Shown here piece by piece: positions 51,400-64,000 of a DNA stretch of 64,000 nucleotides (positions within the stretch are counted from its first letter, which is position 1; every line of letters begins with the position of its first letter). Below the pieces are notes generated by a model. The model had not been told where the DNA came from. It saw nothing but the letters and a program-made list of their open reading frames with translations, and searched no databases. Source of the DNA: Blasia pusilla (lineage: Eukaryota). The position numbers were made by a program, and so were the translations under genes. The stretch lies in assembly GCA_050084515.1 (NCBI GenBank), contig CM114271.1:27156001-27220000 (forward strand), written 5' to 3'.

Positions 51400-54300
51400 T
51401 GTGGAAAAGTGCTAAACAAGCATAACAGATGGAAAACGGATCTCATACACACACACAACCATGGAGAACGAAATTTGCAATGAGAGAATGAGTGGAGGCT
51501 GATCCTCTTCTCAATTATATAGGGTATGTACAAGCAACCCTAACCCTACCCTTAACCATAGTCTCGAGTTAGACTAACTTGGATTAACTAACCCTAGTTA
51601 AGATAATCGTGCTTAACTGACTAACCAAGATTAAGCTTCCCTACTTCGTGTGAGTACCAAATGTAGCAGTTTGTGTGTCTCATGAGCTTGATTGTAACTC
51701 ACTCTTCAATACTCCCCCTCAAGCTCATATCGATATGTCTAATGCCTAAATCCTTTCTAAACATCTCAAACTTATCTCTAGATAATGCTTTTGTAAAGAT
51801 GTCACCAATTTGCTGATCTGTACCTATATACACAAGATCAATTTCTCCTACAAGCACTTTCTCTCTGATTAAATGATAGTGCACCTCAACATGCGTTGTA
51901 CGAGCATGAAACACATGGTTATTAGCAAGCTTGATGCTACTAATATTGTCTCGCATATATTATACTAGGTCCTAAGTTATTAACACCAATCTCAACAAGT
52001 AATCAATGAAGCCACACCGCCTCACATGTTGCATTAGTTGCTACTTTGTACTCAGCCTCTGTTGAAGATAAAACAACTTTAGGTTGCTTCTTTGAAACCC
52101 AACTTATAGTTGCGCTTCCCAAAGTAAATGAATAACCAGGTGTGGAGTGTCGATCAGACACGCTTCTTGCCCAATCAACATCTGCAAATCCTTGTAATTG
52201 AAAACTCGGAGAAGGTTCAAATTGAAGCCCAAAATTGAATAGAGAATTTCACATACCGCATAATCCTCCTCACAACATGAAGGTGAGGTTTTCAAGGTGC
52301 TTGCATAAACTGGCTCACTAGGCCAACAACATAGCTCAAATCTTGTCTGGTTATAGTTAGATAGATCAAACTTCCAACCATGCACTTGTACATATTAGAA
52401 TCTGCAACCATCTCTCCTTCATCCACTCTTAGCTTCACGCTCTGATCCAACGGTGTAGAGATTGGCTTACAAGCTGTCATACCATATTTTGAAAGCATAT
52501 GAAGAGCATATTGTTGTTGCAGTAACCACATGCTCTCTCCAACCTTGATAAATTCAATACCAAGGAAGTATTTGAGTTCTCCCAAGTCCTTCATATCAAA
52601 TTCTGCTTGTAACTTAAGCTTGATTTGTTGTACCATTTATTCAGTATTCCCAATAATCAAGAGATTGTCAACATACAACACAATGAAAATTGTATGATCT
52701 TTTCCTCTCAAGACATATAACGAGGAGTTAGAATCACATACCCTAAAACCCAAGTCTTGTAGGACGTATATAATCTTGCCATACCAAGCTCTTAGAGCTT
52801 GTTTGAGCCCGTATAGAGCTTTCTTCAACTTGCATTTGCTAAATGGAAACTTGGGATGCTCGTATCCAGGTGGTTAAGGCATATATACCTCCTCGTATAG
52901 ATCTCCATTCAAGAAGGGATTCTTAACGTCCATGTGATGTAATCTCCACTTCTTACTTATTCCAACTGCAACCACTATTCTCGTAGTCGCCATCTTTGCA
53001 GCATGGCTAAATATTTCCTTATAATCAATACCATATTTTTTTCATAGCCCTTAGCCACCAATCTTGCTTTGTATCTGTTAATTGTACCATCTTGATTGCG
53101 CTTGATTTTGTAAACCCATTTACAACCAATAGCTTCCTTATCGGAAGGTATATCAACCAGCTTCCATGTTTGTTGATGTCTTAATGCAACAAGCTCTTCC
53201 TCCATAGTTTCAATCCATTCGACATTACTCGCAGCTTCTTCAAAATAACTTGGCTCCTGCTCTTGAAGGATAGTCATCATATATGCATGATGTGTTCCAA
53301 GGAAACCTTTATTTATGAATCTATGAACTAGATGTGTAACTCTACTTTATCTACGAAGTTGTTGTTTAGAGGTAGACACCTCTGACACATGACTCGAGCT
53401 CTGACTAGTGTCAACAAACTAAATACGTACTCTTTCCGTCCATGGACTCACAGATTTAACTGATGAATCTAGGACCTCTCCTAATCCTGCACTAGTACTT
53501 GGGGAAGTTGAAGACAATATCTGTTGGTTTACAATCATATTCTCCCCCTCAACAGACAAGTTTAGAGGTGGAATAGGCTCATATGGAGCATACCATGACT
53601 TTAGCTCATCAAAGATAACACCCCGACTAATTATAAGCTGCCTAGAGGATGGAATGTAGCACTTATATCCCTTAGTTCTATCAGCATAGCCAATGAAGAT
53701 ACATCTTTCAAACTTGGGATCTAATTTCTGACGTCTCTCAGAAGGAACATGAGCATAACAAATACAACCAAATACTTTCAAGAAGGAAAAATCAGGTTTA
53801 CTTCCGGTGAAGACTTTGAATGGAGTTTTATCATGAACTCGTGTTGTTGGAGTTCGGTTGATTAAGAAGACTGCACATGCTACAGCCTCTGCCCAATACA
53901 CCTGAGGCATGTTCTTCTCATTTAGTATAGCTCGTGCCGCTTCAGCAATATGTCGATTCTTCCTCTCAGCCACTCCATTTTGTTGTGGAGTGTAACGGTA
54001 AGTCACTTGACGTTGGATGCCATTCTAACGTAAATAATCATCAAACTCTTGAAAGATACTCTCCTCCTCCTCCATCACAACGTAATTTTAGAATGTGTTG
54101 TCCAATCTGCTTCTCTACTACAACTCTGAATGTTTGGAACACTAAGAATACCTCTGACTTGGCTTTCAGAAAGTATACCCATATATACCTAGAGAAGTCA
54201 TCAATAAATGAAATAAAGTACTGGCAACCACTAAGGCTATGTTCTGGTGTTGTCCACACATCACTGTGGATCAACTCCAATATCTTGGATGCTCTTCTAC

Positions 54301-55630
54301 CTTGCTTTGGAAAAGGAACTCTAGCTTGTTTTCTAAATTGACAAGCAGGACATACGTCTAACGTAGCCGGACTCGCTAATTTAGGGAGTTCTATTACTAT
54401 ATTAGATGATGAAAGACTCTGTTATCTTTGAAAATTTATATGTCCAATTCTTTTATGCCACACATTTATATCTGTGACTTGTTGGCCGATTTGACCATAC
54501 ATTGTTGTTTGAATCTCTAGCATAGAAATATCTAATTTGAATATTCTGTCAAATCTAGTTCCTTTGGCTATTGTATTCTGGTCGTCCATTGTTTTAATGA
54601 AACAACCATCTACATTAAACTTCACTTGACAATCCTTTTCTACTATCTGTCCTACAAAGATCAAATTTCTTGCAATGGTAGGAACATAGAGAACATTTCC
54701 AAGAGCACAAACACTATATGATGCTATTGGAACTTTACCGGTATACGTGATATGATGTAGAATGTCATCTATTGTGAGCATAATTGTAGGGTCTTTCACA
54801 TGCTCCAAACTACTAAACCATTTAGCTTGTGAGGTCATATGATTTGATGCACCAGAGTCAATGTACCAATCTGTTGTCGAGTCTTTCTTGACCATTGCTC
54901 CCATATAATGAGTCATGACCAAGAGATTCTCCGTTTGTGAATGTTGTTGTTCTTGGTACTGCTCTTGGTGTTGTTGCTCCACATAGTTTTGTTGCTGTAA
55001 GGCTTCTGTTCTCATATCTGACTTCTTCTTGAAGCAAAACTTTGCATAGTGACCCTTTACCCACAGTAATTACAAGATCTAGGGATCCTCTGCTGCTGAC
55101 CTCGACCCCAACGGTTTCCACTATTACCACCTTATGATTGTGTCTGGTATGGTTCGTAGTTGATTGAGTGACGTTATATTGAGTGTCTCTTCCTCCATAT
55201 GCTTGATATCCACCATGACCACAGAAGTTTCCGCCACGACCCTTGCCTCTGTTTGATCCATAACCTGCAAATAGTGCACTCTCTTACAGACTATACAAGC
55301 TACCGACGCCTACTAGGCGCATCTCTTGACTGATCAACAGAGGAACTAACTCTTGAAAGTTTGGATACTTCTCTCTCGCAGAGATAGAGGTCTCAAAGGA
55401 CTTATAATCCTTTGGAAGGCCTTGAAGAGTGAATAAAATCAGATCATCATCTTCTACTGTCACTCCAATGCTATTCAACTGATCAACAATATGTCCAATA
55501 TTCAAAATATAATCATTGATGTTCTGCGATCCTTTCCTCACTTCGTTCAATTGTTGTTCCAATTGAAGCTTTCTGGCCTTTGTAGATGTTTGGAACAGCT
55601 TTTCCAATGCATCCCAGGTCTGCTTTGGAG

Positions 55631-56249
55631 GGGGGCTGGTATTCTGGCAGGAGAGAGGAAGAGAGGAGAGTCTCTCTTAAAAAAAAGGCACAAAAGGGAA
55701 AAAAAAAAATTTGAAACTCTCTTCAAAAAATATGGTACTCACTTATGGATAATAAGTGAGTAATTTTTTTGGAGAATTTTTTTGAAGAGAGGAAACTTAG
55801 TGCAAGCCGTCAGAATCCGACGGGTTGCAATTTTTTAGTTTTTTTTTTTTGGGGTTAAGGAAAAATGGGGTTTTTAACATTTGCAACCCGACGGGTTGCT
55901 TTCTAGGCATCATGGCGACCTGTCAGACTCCGACGGGTTGCAAACGTTAAAAAAACCCCAATTTTTCCTTAACCATAAAATTAAAAAGACCAACAAAATT
56001 TGCAACCCGTCGGATTTCTGACGGGTTGAAAAAGGTGAAAAAAAAAAGAATAAAAACAATTTCAAAATTTTTTTTCACCACCAAATTTTTTTGGAAAAAA
56101 TTTTCCTTTTCAACTTGTCAAAACTTTCCTCTCTCCAACCTGTCGGAAACTCTCTTCAACCTGTCGGAAACTCACTTCAAGCCAAAAGAGCCTTAGGGAT
56201 TGCCAATATATTCCTCTCTCCTCTCTTCCTCTCCTCTTACCGCTCCTCC
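55631..56249. mobile_element. Non-autonomous 0.6-kb derivative of the palindrome MULE, inserted in Copia gag
   Basis: TSD CTTTGGAG (55623-55630, 56250-56257); removing the insert restores gag frame MIGYIQDVDTPKQTWDALEKLF; left end matches the copy A terminus; four palindrome copies inside. Confidence 0.9.
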
Positions 56250-57069
56250 CTTTGGAGTATCAACATCTTGGATGTAACCTATCATTGGGAACTGATCGTT
56301 ATTGAAATGTAGTGGATTACTTGTCTTGCGCGTTTGTTCCAAGCGCGAACATTCAAGTCTGTTGAGCCACCTTGTGGTTTGTCACCTTTGATAAGCTCCC
56401 ATAGTTCTTGACCCATGAGAAATTGTTTCGTGTGAAACTTCCAGACATTGTAATTATGCTTGTCTAGCTTCTCGCGTATTATTGCTGCTGAGGAATACTC
56501 CATGATAAACGATTTCACTCACAAAAATATAATTTCACGCTTTCTACTGCTCCAATTGAAGCATAAACCACTCCTACAGAAAAATCAACATGAAATTTGC
56601 CAAAATTGATCAATTGTATGAAAGAACTAGTCGAAATTATAGAGAGCAAACTTTGCAACTTTTCTTCACTAATTGCACTTTCCTACACAGAAATTGCTAA
56701 TGCAGAAGCTCAGAGTGTCAGAATCAAGCAATTTTGGGTGTGTTGGAAAGCTCTCGACGAGCTCTACAAGACAGGTAGAACTAGCCTTTGGCACCATTCT
56801 AGACAAAGCGGAACCAGACGGATGAATCGACCGGGAAAGCCCTCAAAAACACCTCTAAAGTTTTATCACCGTCAAAGCTCCACATGAAATCTGCACCCAC
56901 TGAGCTCAGAATAAAATTTCCTTCTCCCAAACTTAAATTTTGTCTTCTCTTGCCTCTCTTCTCTCTTCAAACACCAAGAATTTCAAGTGATGTTCTCCTC
57001 CCGCTCTGATACCATGTGGAAAATTGCTAAACAAGCATAATTGGTGGAAAATGGCTCTCACACACACAA

Positions 57070-57482
57070 GAGAAGCGTGCGACCCATCGGAGGTCAACGG
57101 GTTGCCTTGGGACGATGCTTTGTCACCTTGTTAACCGAGGATGAGGGAAGCGTGCAACCCGTCGGTCTAAGACGGGTTGCCTGGGTACCTCGCCTTGTTA
57201 TCGCAAGACGAGGGAAGCGTGCAACCCGTCGGTTTCCGAGGGGTCGCCCGTGTACCTCACCTTGTTACCCCAAGATGAGGGAAGCGTGGAACCCATCAAT
57301 CTCCGACAGGTTGCGCAGGTACCTCACCTTGTTATCCCAAGATGAGGGAAGCGTGCAATCCGTCGGTTTCCGACAGGTTGCCTGGGTACCTCGCCTTGTT
57401 ACCTGAGGACGAGGGAAGCGTGCAACCCGTCAGTCTCGGACAAGTTGCATGGGTACCTCGTCTTGTTACCCCAAGACGAGGG
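57070..57482. repeat. Second copy of 67-bp palindrome array, between a truncated LTR (57015-57069) and a full LTR
   Basis: Period 67 bp (GAGGGAAG at 57143 and 57210); begins with the same unit sequence as 50995. Confidence 0.9.
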
Positions 57483-58326
57483 TGTGGAAAATTGCTAAAC
57501 AAGCATAACAGATGGAAAACGGATCTTATACACACACACCACCATGGAGAACGAAATCTGCGATGAGAGAATGAGTGGAGGCTGATCCTCTTCTCAATTA
57601 TATAGGGTATGTACAAGCAACCCTAACCCTACCCTTAACCATAGTCTCGAGTTAGACTAACTTGGATTAACTAACCCTAGTTAAGATAATCGTGCTTAAC
57701 TGACTAACCAAGATTAAGCTTCCCTACTTCGTGTGAGTACCAAATGTAGCAGTTTGTGTGTCTCATGAGCTTGATTGTAACTCACTCTTCAATAGAGGGA
57801 TGCATGCAATCCGTCGATCTTGGATAGGTTGCCTCGCTACCTCACCTTGTATGTCCAAGACAAGGAAAGCGTGAAACTCATCGGTCTCCGACGGGTTGCC
57901 TGGATTCCCACGTGCAAAGTTCCATAACGGCCGACGTCGTCGTCGGTACGATCCAACAACCCAACGGTCAACTCAATGGCTCGAAAAGTATAAAAGGCTG
58001 AGATTTCGCTCATTTCTCTTTTTCGTCTCGCGATTTCATATGCTCTTCCTCGCAGCAGCTGAGGTTACCTTTCCGCTGCCAAAGTCTGTTATATTGACCC
58101 CTTTGCTGGAAGGTTACGACAATCCAACACCCGACGCTTTAAGGTAAGCCCATCTACTTGAAGGGCTCCACCGTGACCTTCAAGTAGATGGGCTTGAAGG
58201 TCACGGTGCTTCATCACAAAACGCTTGCAAAGATGGGTTTAGGCACTCCATTGAAGCTTCGAGGGATCTATTGTGCACAAAAGCATATTAGACTGTCAAG
58301 GAGAAAGAATTGACCCAACGTGCACC

Positions 58327-59532
58327 ATAACGAGAAAGAAAACACAAGCAACCAAGGTAGCGAGCATCACTTCCAAGTCCATAAGGACACCATAACGAGG
58401 ACCTTATCTTCAGGTCCTCGTTCGGCGAATGAGATAAGGCAACAAGAAATAAAGGAGCGGGAAAAGGAAGCAGATATACACATGCAAGAGGTTCTAGCAA
58501 AACGTGCCCCGGAGGAGCTTGCAAAGCAAAATGTTGAGGCTGAGGCATCGAAGGCCTTGAAGAAAAGAATCGCGAACAAGAAACGCGAGAAGGAGCGTCT
58601 TGACGCCTCCATCAGGAGAGCATAATTAGCAAAAGCTCAAAGAGAAAAAGCAATCGCCATTGAAGAAAGACCTGCTCGTCCAATAGAAAGTGTAAAGATG
58701 CAGGAAATATCTCCGATGAGGTATAGGGACACTATGAATCTAAAATCGACTAAGGAAACGGCCGAAGTTCAAGTGACGGAGGATGAGGTCATGAGGACAG
58801 TAAGTGTGGAGATGGTGGACATCTCCGAAGAAGCAAGAGAAGAGTCTTCATCATCTTTGAGCCCAATGGAAGAAATTGACCTTTATCGGATCGATAAGTT
58901 TCCCGTGGACTTGCCAACTGTTGTCCCAGAGCAGCTAGCGGGCCTGGACACCGACCCAATCTTTGAACGGATAAGAAAATTTTGGGTTATGTGAAAGCTC
59001 ATTATGCAATACATTACCAAAACACAGTATTTTAGTGACTTTGTCCCCATTGTGGCAAGTTGTAAAGCAGATTGCACTGATGGAGGGCCAAAAGGCCCCA
59101 AGAATTCCACTTTGTCGATTGCGGACAATGAAGTACGTCCGCAAAATTCAATCGGAGTAGGACATTGTCAAAGCTCAAACAGTCGGCAGCGACTGCATCC
59201 TACTTCAACAACTTCCCTCCGTTCTATGTTCAGCCTTACAATGAGCATGGAACCCAAGCTCTGGTGATGGAAGAGGACTTGGAGGCTTTGGATACATTCT
59301 AGAGGATGAGAGATCGGGAGTTCAGATGAGCGATTGAAGGAACCCAATTTAGCTGGATGCCGAACCTCTACTTCTTCATCTCGGATGGCAGCTACAAGTA
59401 CATGGCGTGGACGCACTTTGCAGAGGAGCGCCCAAATTCATTGGAGGTGCATTTTTGCGTGAGGGGAGTCGTGCTCCATCCATTTCCTCATCACATGGCA
59501 ACAATGGAAATGGCTATGCATCCGATGAATAC
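58327..59532 (+). pseudogene. MULE cargo gene copy B, exons 1-2 (coiled coil + ParB-like), degenerate
   Basis: Homologous to 3000-4180; start reads ATA; motif decayed to ISDGSYKYMAW; donor GTAAGT at 59533 followed by palindrome-rich intron sequence to ~60540. Confidence 0.85.
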
Positions 59533-60570
59533 GTAAGTTTCCTCATCCTTAAGTTTGATTGCGTCAACCCGTCAAGGTCCAACGGGTTGCATAATTGGAA
59601 AGCTAGCAAATGGGCAAGAATGATTTGAGACTCCTGCCACCATCTTGTTTGTGGTCAAGGTCATAGTCAAGCAAACCGTCAGAGTCCGACGGGTTGCCTG
59701 ATGGCCAAGCACACGAGATTAATCCAGGATATTGAAACCAATCGAACATCAACGGGTGGAAAAATGACTGCATGATTTATTTTTCTACAATCCGTTGGAC
59801 TCCGACGAGTTGCACAATGAGGGGTAACAAATCATCAGATGCCTACAAGAAACTCGTCGGAGTTCGACGAGTTGCTGGACTGTCTATTATTTTTTGGATA
59901 CTTTTGGCCGTAAGCAACTCATTGGACTCCGACAAGTTGCATTTCCCCCCCAGGGTACGTGGTCAGAGTCCCATAGCTTGCTTTTAGGCGTCCAATTCCA
60001 GCTTTACTAGGCCATTGCGCAACCCGTCGGACTCCAACGGGTTGATATGGGCAATTTTTATCCGGAAACCTATCTTCGAATGGAAGTCATTCGACAACCC
60101 GTCGGAGTCCGACGGGTTGAAACCAAGGAATAAGAGGAACCGATGGGTTGGACCACAGAGTCACAAACAGAGAGTGCAACCCATCGGACTCCGATGGGTG
60201 GCAATTCTCTCTAAAAATTTCAAGAGTGTTGCAATAAGTATAACACAAAGATAAGTGTTGCGACCCGTCAAAATCTTACGGGTTGCAACACTTATCTCTG
60301 TGTTACGATTTGGATCCAAATGGGTTGACAGAATTGCAACCCGTCGGAGTCTAACGAGTTGCAATACTTATCTCTATGCCGCAATTTGGATCCCCATGGG
60401 TTGACAGAATTGCAACTTGTTGGAGTTCGACAGGTTGCAACACTTCTCTCTATCCTACGATTTGGATCCCGATGGGTTGACAGAATAGCGACCCGTTGGA
60501 GTCAAACTGGTTGCAGGAACCCGATAGGTTGCAGTATTCTAACCTTATGTTTGGATTTGAATATCCCCAT

Positions 60571-61296
60571 CATTGGTGGGGATATTCATGGGCGCGTTTC
60601 AAGACGTCCCATACACATGGTGGTAGAGCAATCAGAGCGAGACTCGTGGAGACCTGATAATTATCTTGACTTCAGGCAGGTGAAGAGGCATCATCGAGGA
60701 ACGAATCCTGTGATTGATTTGGATAAGGAAATTACGCCGCCTAGATATTCGAGAACCCTGGATTGCTCCCAAATCCGTGATGGAGTAACTTCTCCAAAAT
60801 CAGTGAATGTTTTATTTCAAAAGCCCTCCGTTGCTAGAAGTTCGCAACATTCGCTCGCTGGGGTGGTTCAACAATATGGGATTCCAGTCATGGAGGTGGA
60901 TTGCAGCCTAAAACGGTGGCATATATCTCGGAGCAACCCTGGACTAGGACCCGCTTGCAGGGCAGGATTTGATGGCATTAGGAGAGCATGCGGCACTTTC
61001 CTAAATAAGAACTGTACAAGGACTGGACAACCATTGCCTGGGTTTTGGGGACTCAAAACCTTTGATCTTTTCACAATGACCGGGGATCAATTGAAGTACT
61101 TCTTCTGCCCAAATGGATCTTGCGCTTTTCGGAAGTCTTATCCGGCTGCCATTGGAGCTCCGGGGAATACCCCCACGATTTGGCCCATCGCCGCAAGAAC
61201 AAATTCCACTCAAGACGAAGTGGACAATCTTACAAGTGTCAGTTTCAGATTCCTAGATGGAAGAAATTCAGAGAATGTTCGCATTATAGAGACCTT
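60571..61296 (+). pseudogene. Inverted fragment of MULE transposase C-terminal exon
   Basis: Reverse-complement homolog of ~46580-47302 (RRPIHMVVEQS...CRAGFDGIRRACGTFLNKNC...PTIWPIA). Confidence 0.9.
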
Positions 61297-61800
61297 GACA
61301 AAGAGGGGTTGCCCAAATACCTCGCCATTTACCCCAAGATGAGGGAAGCGTGCAACGCGTCAGCCTCTGACGGGTTGCGCAAGCGCCTCGCCTTGCAATG
61401 CTTACATGAAGGAAGCGTGCAACCCATCGGCCTTCGACAAGTTGCGCGGGTACTCCGCCTTGTTATCCCAAGATGAGGGAAGCTTGCAACCCGTTGGCCT
61501 CAGATGGGTTGCGCAAGTGCCTCGCCTTGTAATGCTTACATGAAGGAAGCGTGCAACCCATCGGCCTCCGACTTATTGCGCGGATACGCCGCCTTCTTAT
61601 CCCAAGATGAGGGAAGCGTGCAACCCCCGGTCTCCAACGGGTTGCGCGGTTACCTCGCGTTCTTGCCCGACGACAACGGAGGCGCGCAACCTGTCGGTCT
61701 CTGACAGGTTGCCAAGATAGCTTGGCATCTTTACCCGAGGAGGACGGATTCTTGCAACCTGTGGGAAGCATGCAACCCGTCGGAGCCGTCGGGTTGGTGG
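61297..61800. repeat. Palindrome tandem array, MULE copy C
   Basis: Same ~67-bp units, followed by TATA (61887) and 24-bp tandem repeats (~61990-62085). Confidence 0.85.
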
Positions 61801-62177
61801 TTTCTATGTCCAAACTTCCATAACGGCCGACACGTCGCCATCGGAACAACCGTGCGACCCAACGGTCTGCCCAACGGCTCGAAAAGTATAAATAGGCGAG
61901 GGTTCGCTCATTTTCGGTTTTTTGTTTTGGGATCTTGATTGCTCTTCCGCGCAATTGCTGACCAGAACCAAGGGGTGCTTTACACGGCGACTCATCGCGA
62001 GACGATTCCAACGAATGATCGCGAGACGATTCGAGCAAACGATCGCGAGACGATTCAAGCGAACGATCATGAGACGATTCAAGATACTCATCACGGCGAC
62101 TCATTGCGACATCAGCAAGGCAACTCATCCTGCCAGAAAGTAACTTCGTTGTCGAGGAGGAGGCATTTTCAGGAACA

Positions 62178-63382
62178 ATGACGAGTAAAAAATCTCAAGA
62201 AAACAAGGCTGGGAGCTTCACTCCCAAGTCCATGAGGACTCATGCCTCACCATCTCCAGGGCCTCGTTCGGCCAATGAGATAAGGCAACAAGAGATTGAG
62301 GAGCGGGAAAGGGAAGGGGATATGCGTTGGCAGGAGCTTCTTGCAAAACGTGTTAAGGAGGCGCTCGAAAAATAGAACTGAGAGGCTGAGGCGTCGCAGG
62401 CCTTGAAGAAAAGAATAGCCGAGGAAAAGCGTGAAAAGAAGCGTCTAGACGCCTTGGTGAGTAGAGCAGAATTGGCAAAAGCTTGAAGGTAAAAAGAGAT
62501 TGCCATTGAAGCCCGGCCCGTCCAACCAAAAGTGTTGAGATGCAGGAAATATCCCCGATGAAGTACGGGGACACAATCAATATAAAATTGGCTGAGGAAA
62601 CCGCCGAAGTTCAAGTGACGGATGATGAGGTCATGAGGACCGCCAGCGTGGATATGGTGGACATCTCTGAAGAAGCAAGAGAGCGGTCTTCCTCGTCTCT
62701 GAGCCTGGCGGAAGAAATCGACCTCTATCAGATCGACGAGTTTCTAGTGGACTTGCCAACTGTTGTCCCAGAGGAGTTGGCGGGCCAAGACATCGACACA
62801 ATCTTTGAGCGGGTAAGAAATTATCTTTGATCTTTGAGTTATGTGAAGGCCCATGTTGCAATTCATTGGCAATTCAATGTAGTTTATTGACTTTGTCCCC
62901 GTTGTGACAGGTTGTAAAGCAGATGGCACTAATGGAGGGCCAGAACGCCCCGAGAATTCCACTTTGCCTATTGCAGACAATGGAGTACGTACGTAAAATC
63001 AGTCTGACGAGGATATTGCAAAGCTGAAATAGTCGGCAGCGACAGCATCCTACGTTGACAACTTCCCTCCATTCTATGTTGAGCCTTACGATCAACATGG
63101 AATCCAAGCGTTGGTGACGAAGGAGGACTTGGAAGCGCTCAACACATTCTCGAGGATGAGAGATCAGGAATTCAGAAGGGCGATTGAGGGGACTAAATTC
63201 AGCTGGATGCGGAACCTCTATTTTTTCATCTGGGATGTAAACCATAGGTTCATGGCGTGGACCTTGTTTGCAGAGGAGCGCCAAAATTCATTGGAGGCGC
63301 ATTTTTGCGTGAAGTCAGTCGTGCTAAATCCATACCCTCATCACATGGCGATGGTGGAAATGGCCATGCATGCCATGAACAT
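62178..63382 (+). pseudogene. MULE cargo gene copy C, exons 1-2 (coiled coil + ParB-like)
   Basis: MTSKKSQENKAGSF...; exon 2 reads IADNGVRT*NQSDEDIAKLK*SAATASYVDNFPPFYVEP...YFFIWDVNHRFMAW...AMHAMN; stops are CAA/CAG-to-TAA/TAG type. Confidence 0.85.
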
Positions 63383-64000
63383 GTAAGTTTCCTCTTCCTT
63401 TTTTTTTATTGCTGCAAACCATCGGACTCCGACGAGTTGTTTAACGAGTGGTAAAAAAACATCGGATGCCTTAAAGCAAGTTTTTGGAGTCGGACGAGTT
63501 GCTTGACTGGCCATTGTTTTTAGGATGTTTTTGGCCGAAAGCAACTCGTCGGACTCCGACGGGTTGCATTCGCCGCCACGGGTAGGTGATGGGAGTAAGG
63601 GAGCTTGATTTTTGGCATCAAATTGTTGCTTTACTTGAAATTGCGCAACCTGTCGGACTCTGACGGTTTGATATGTTCACTTTTTCCGCGGAGACCACTC
63701 TCTGAATACAAATTATCTGACAACCCGTCGGAGTTCGACGGGTTGTAACCAGGCAATCATAAATCTGAATGCAATCCGTTGGACTCTGATGGGTTGCAAT
63801 ATTTAGCTCTTAGCTATCATTTCGACCATGAGGTATAGCGACCTGTCAGAGTCCGACGGGTTGTGGGAATTTTGTCTGATATGTATGTACTACACTGACA
63901 TATATGTCATGTGTAGACTATGTGCAGGATGGATTCTGCAACTACACCAAGGGACCCTATCATGCGATGCCAAATAATCAAGATCGGTTTAGAATTATCC

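Larger units (their letters stand above)
51400..57794 (-). mobile_element. Ty1/Copia LTR retrotransposon (decayed gag-pol), inserted in the MULE array
   Basis: LTRs 51400-51711 and 57483-57794; outer TSD GAGGG; PPT (CTCCCCCTC on +) at 51712; PBS TGGTATCAGAGC (57003-57014). Protease WYIDSGASNHMT, integrase PQQNGVAERKNR, RT YKARLVAKG/LYGLKQ/LYVDNLL and RNaseH HVEVHYH, in Copia order. Confidence 0.95.

Noticed and set aside
51536-51558. Telomere-like AACCCT repeats
   Set aside because: Only two to three imperfect units inside the Copia LTR; not an interstitial telomere.
50995-57482. CRISPR-like look of palindromic repeats at 67-bp period (also 2093-2612, 61297-61800)
   Set aside because: The intervening sequences are homologous to each other rather than unique spacers, there are no cas genes, and the context is eukaryotic.
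60359-61342. 327-aa ORF, the longest in the window
   Set aside because: Chimera of palindrome-derived sequence and an inverted transposase fragment; not an independent gene.

Overview
Eukaryotic, intron-rich plant DNA. It looks like an early-diverging land plant (bryophyte or fern); this is inferred from gene structure and TE types. A two-gene island, RAD23 (17.6-23.5 kb, minus) and DNA ligase IV (27.2-43.5 kb, minus, with a LINE and solo LTRs in introns), is flanked by nested transposons. The main object is a large Mutator-like (MULE) DNA transposon present as three partial copies (1-9.8 kb; 45.9-60.5 kb; 60.6-64 kb) plus a 0.6-kb non-autonomous derivative. Divergently from its DDE/SWIM transposase it carries a spliced cargo gene with a ParB/Sulfiredoxin-like domain (IWDGNHR) and a beta-class N4/N6 amino-methyltransferase-like domain. 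Its introns and intergenic DNA are packed with a 27-bp palindrome, GCAACCCGTCGGANTCCGACGGGTTGC. Separately, a decayed Gypsy element carries a C5 cytosine methyltransferase between protease and RT, and an adjacent Gypsy integrase ends in a PHD finger. A Copia element with an odd three-LTR arrangement sits inside the MULE palindrome array. All domain calls were made by eye from motifs; no searches were run, and boundaries of decayed elements are approximate.
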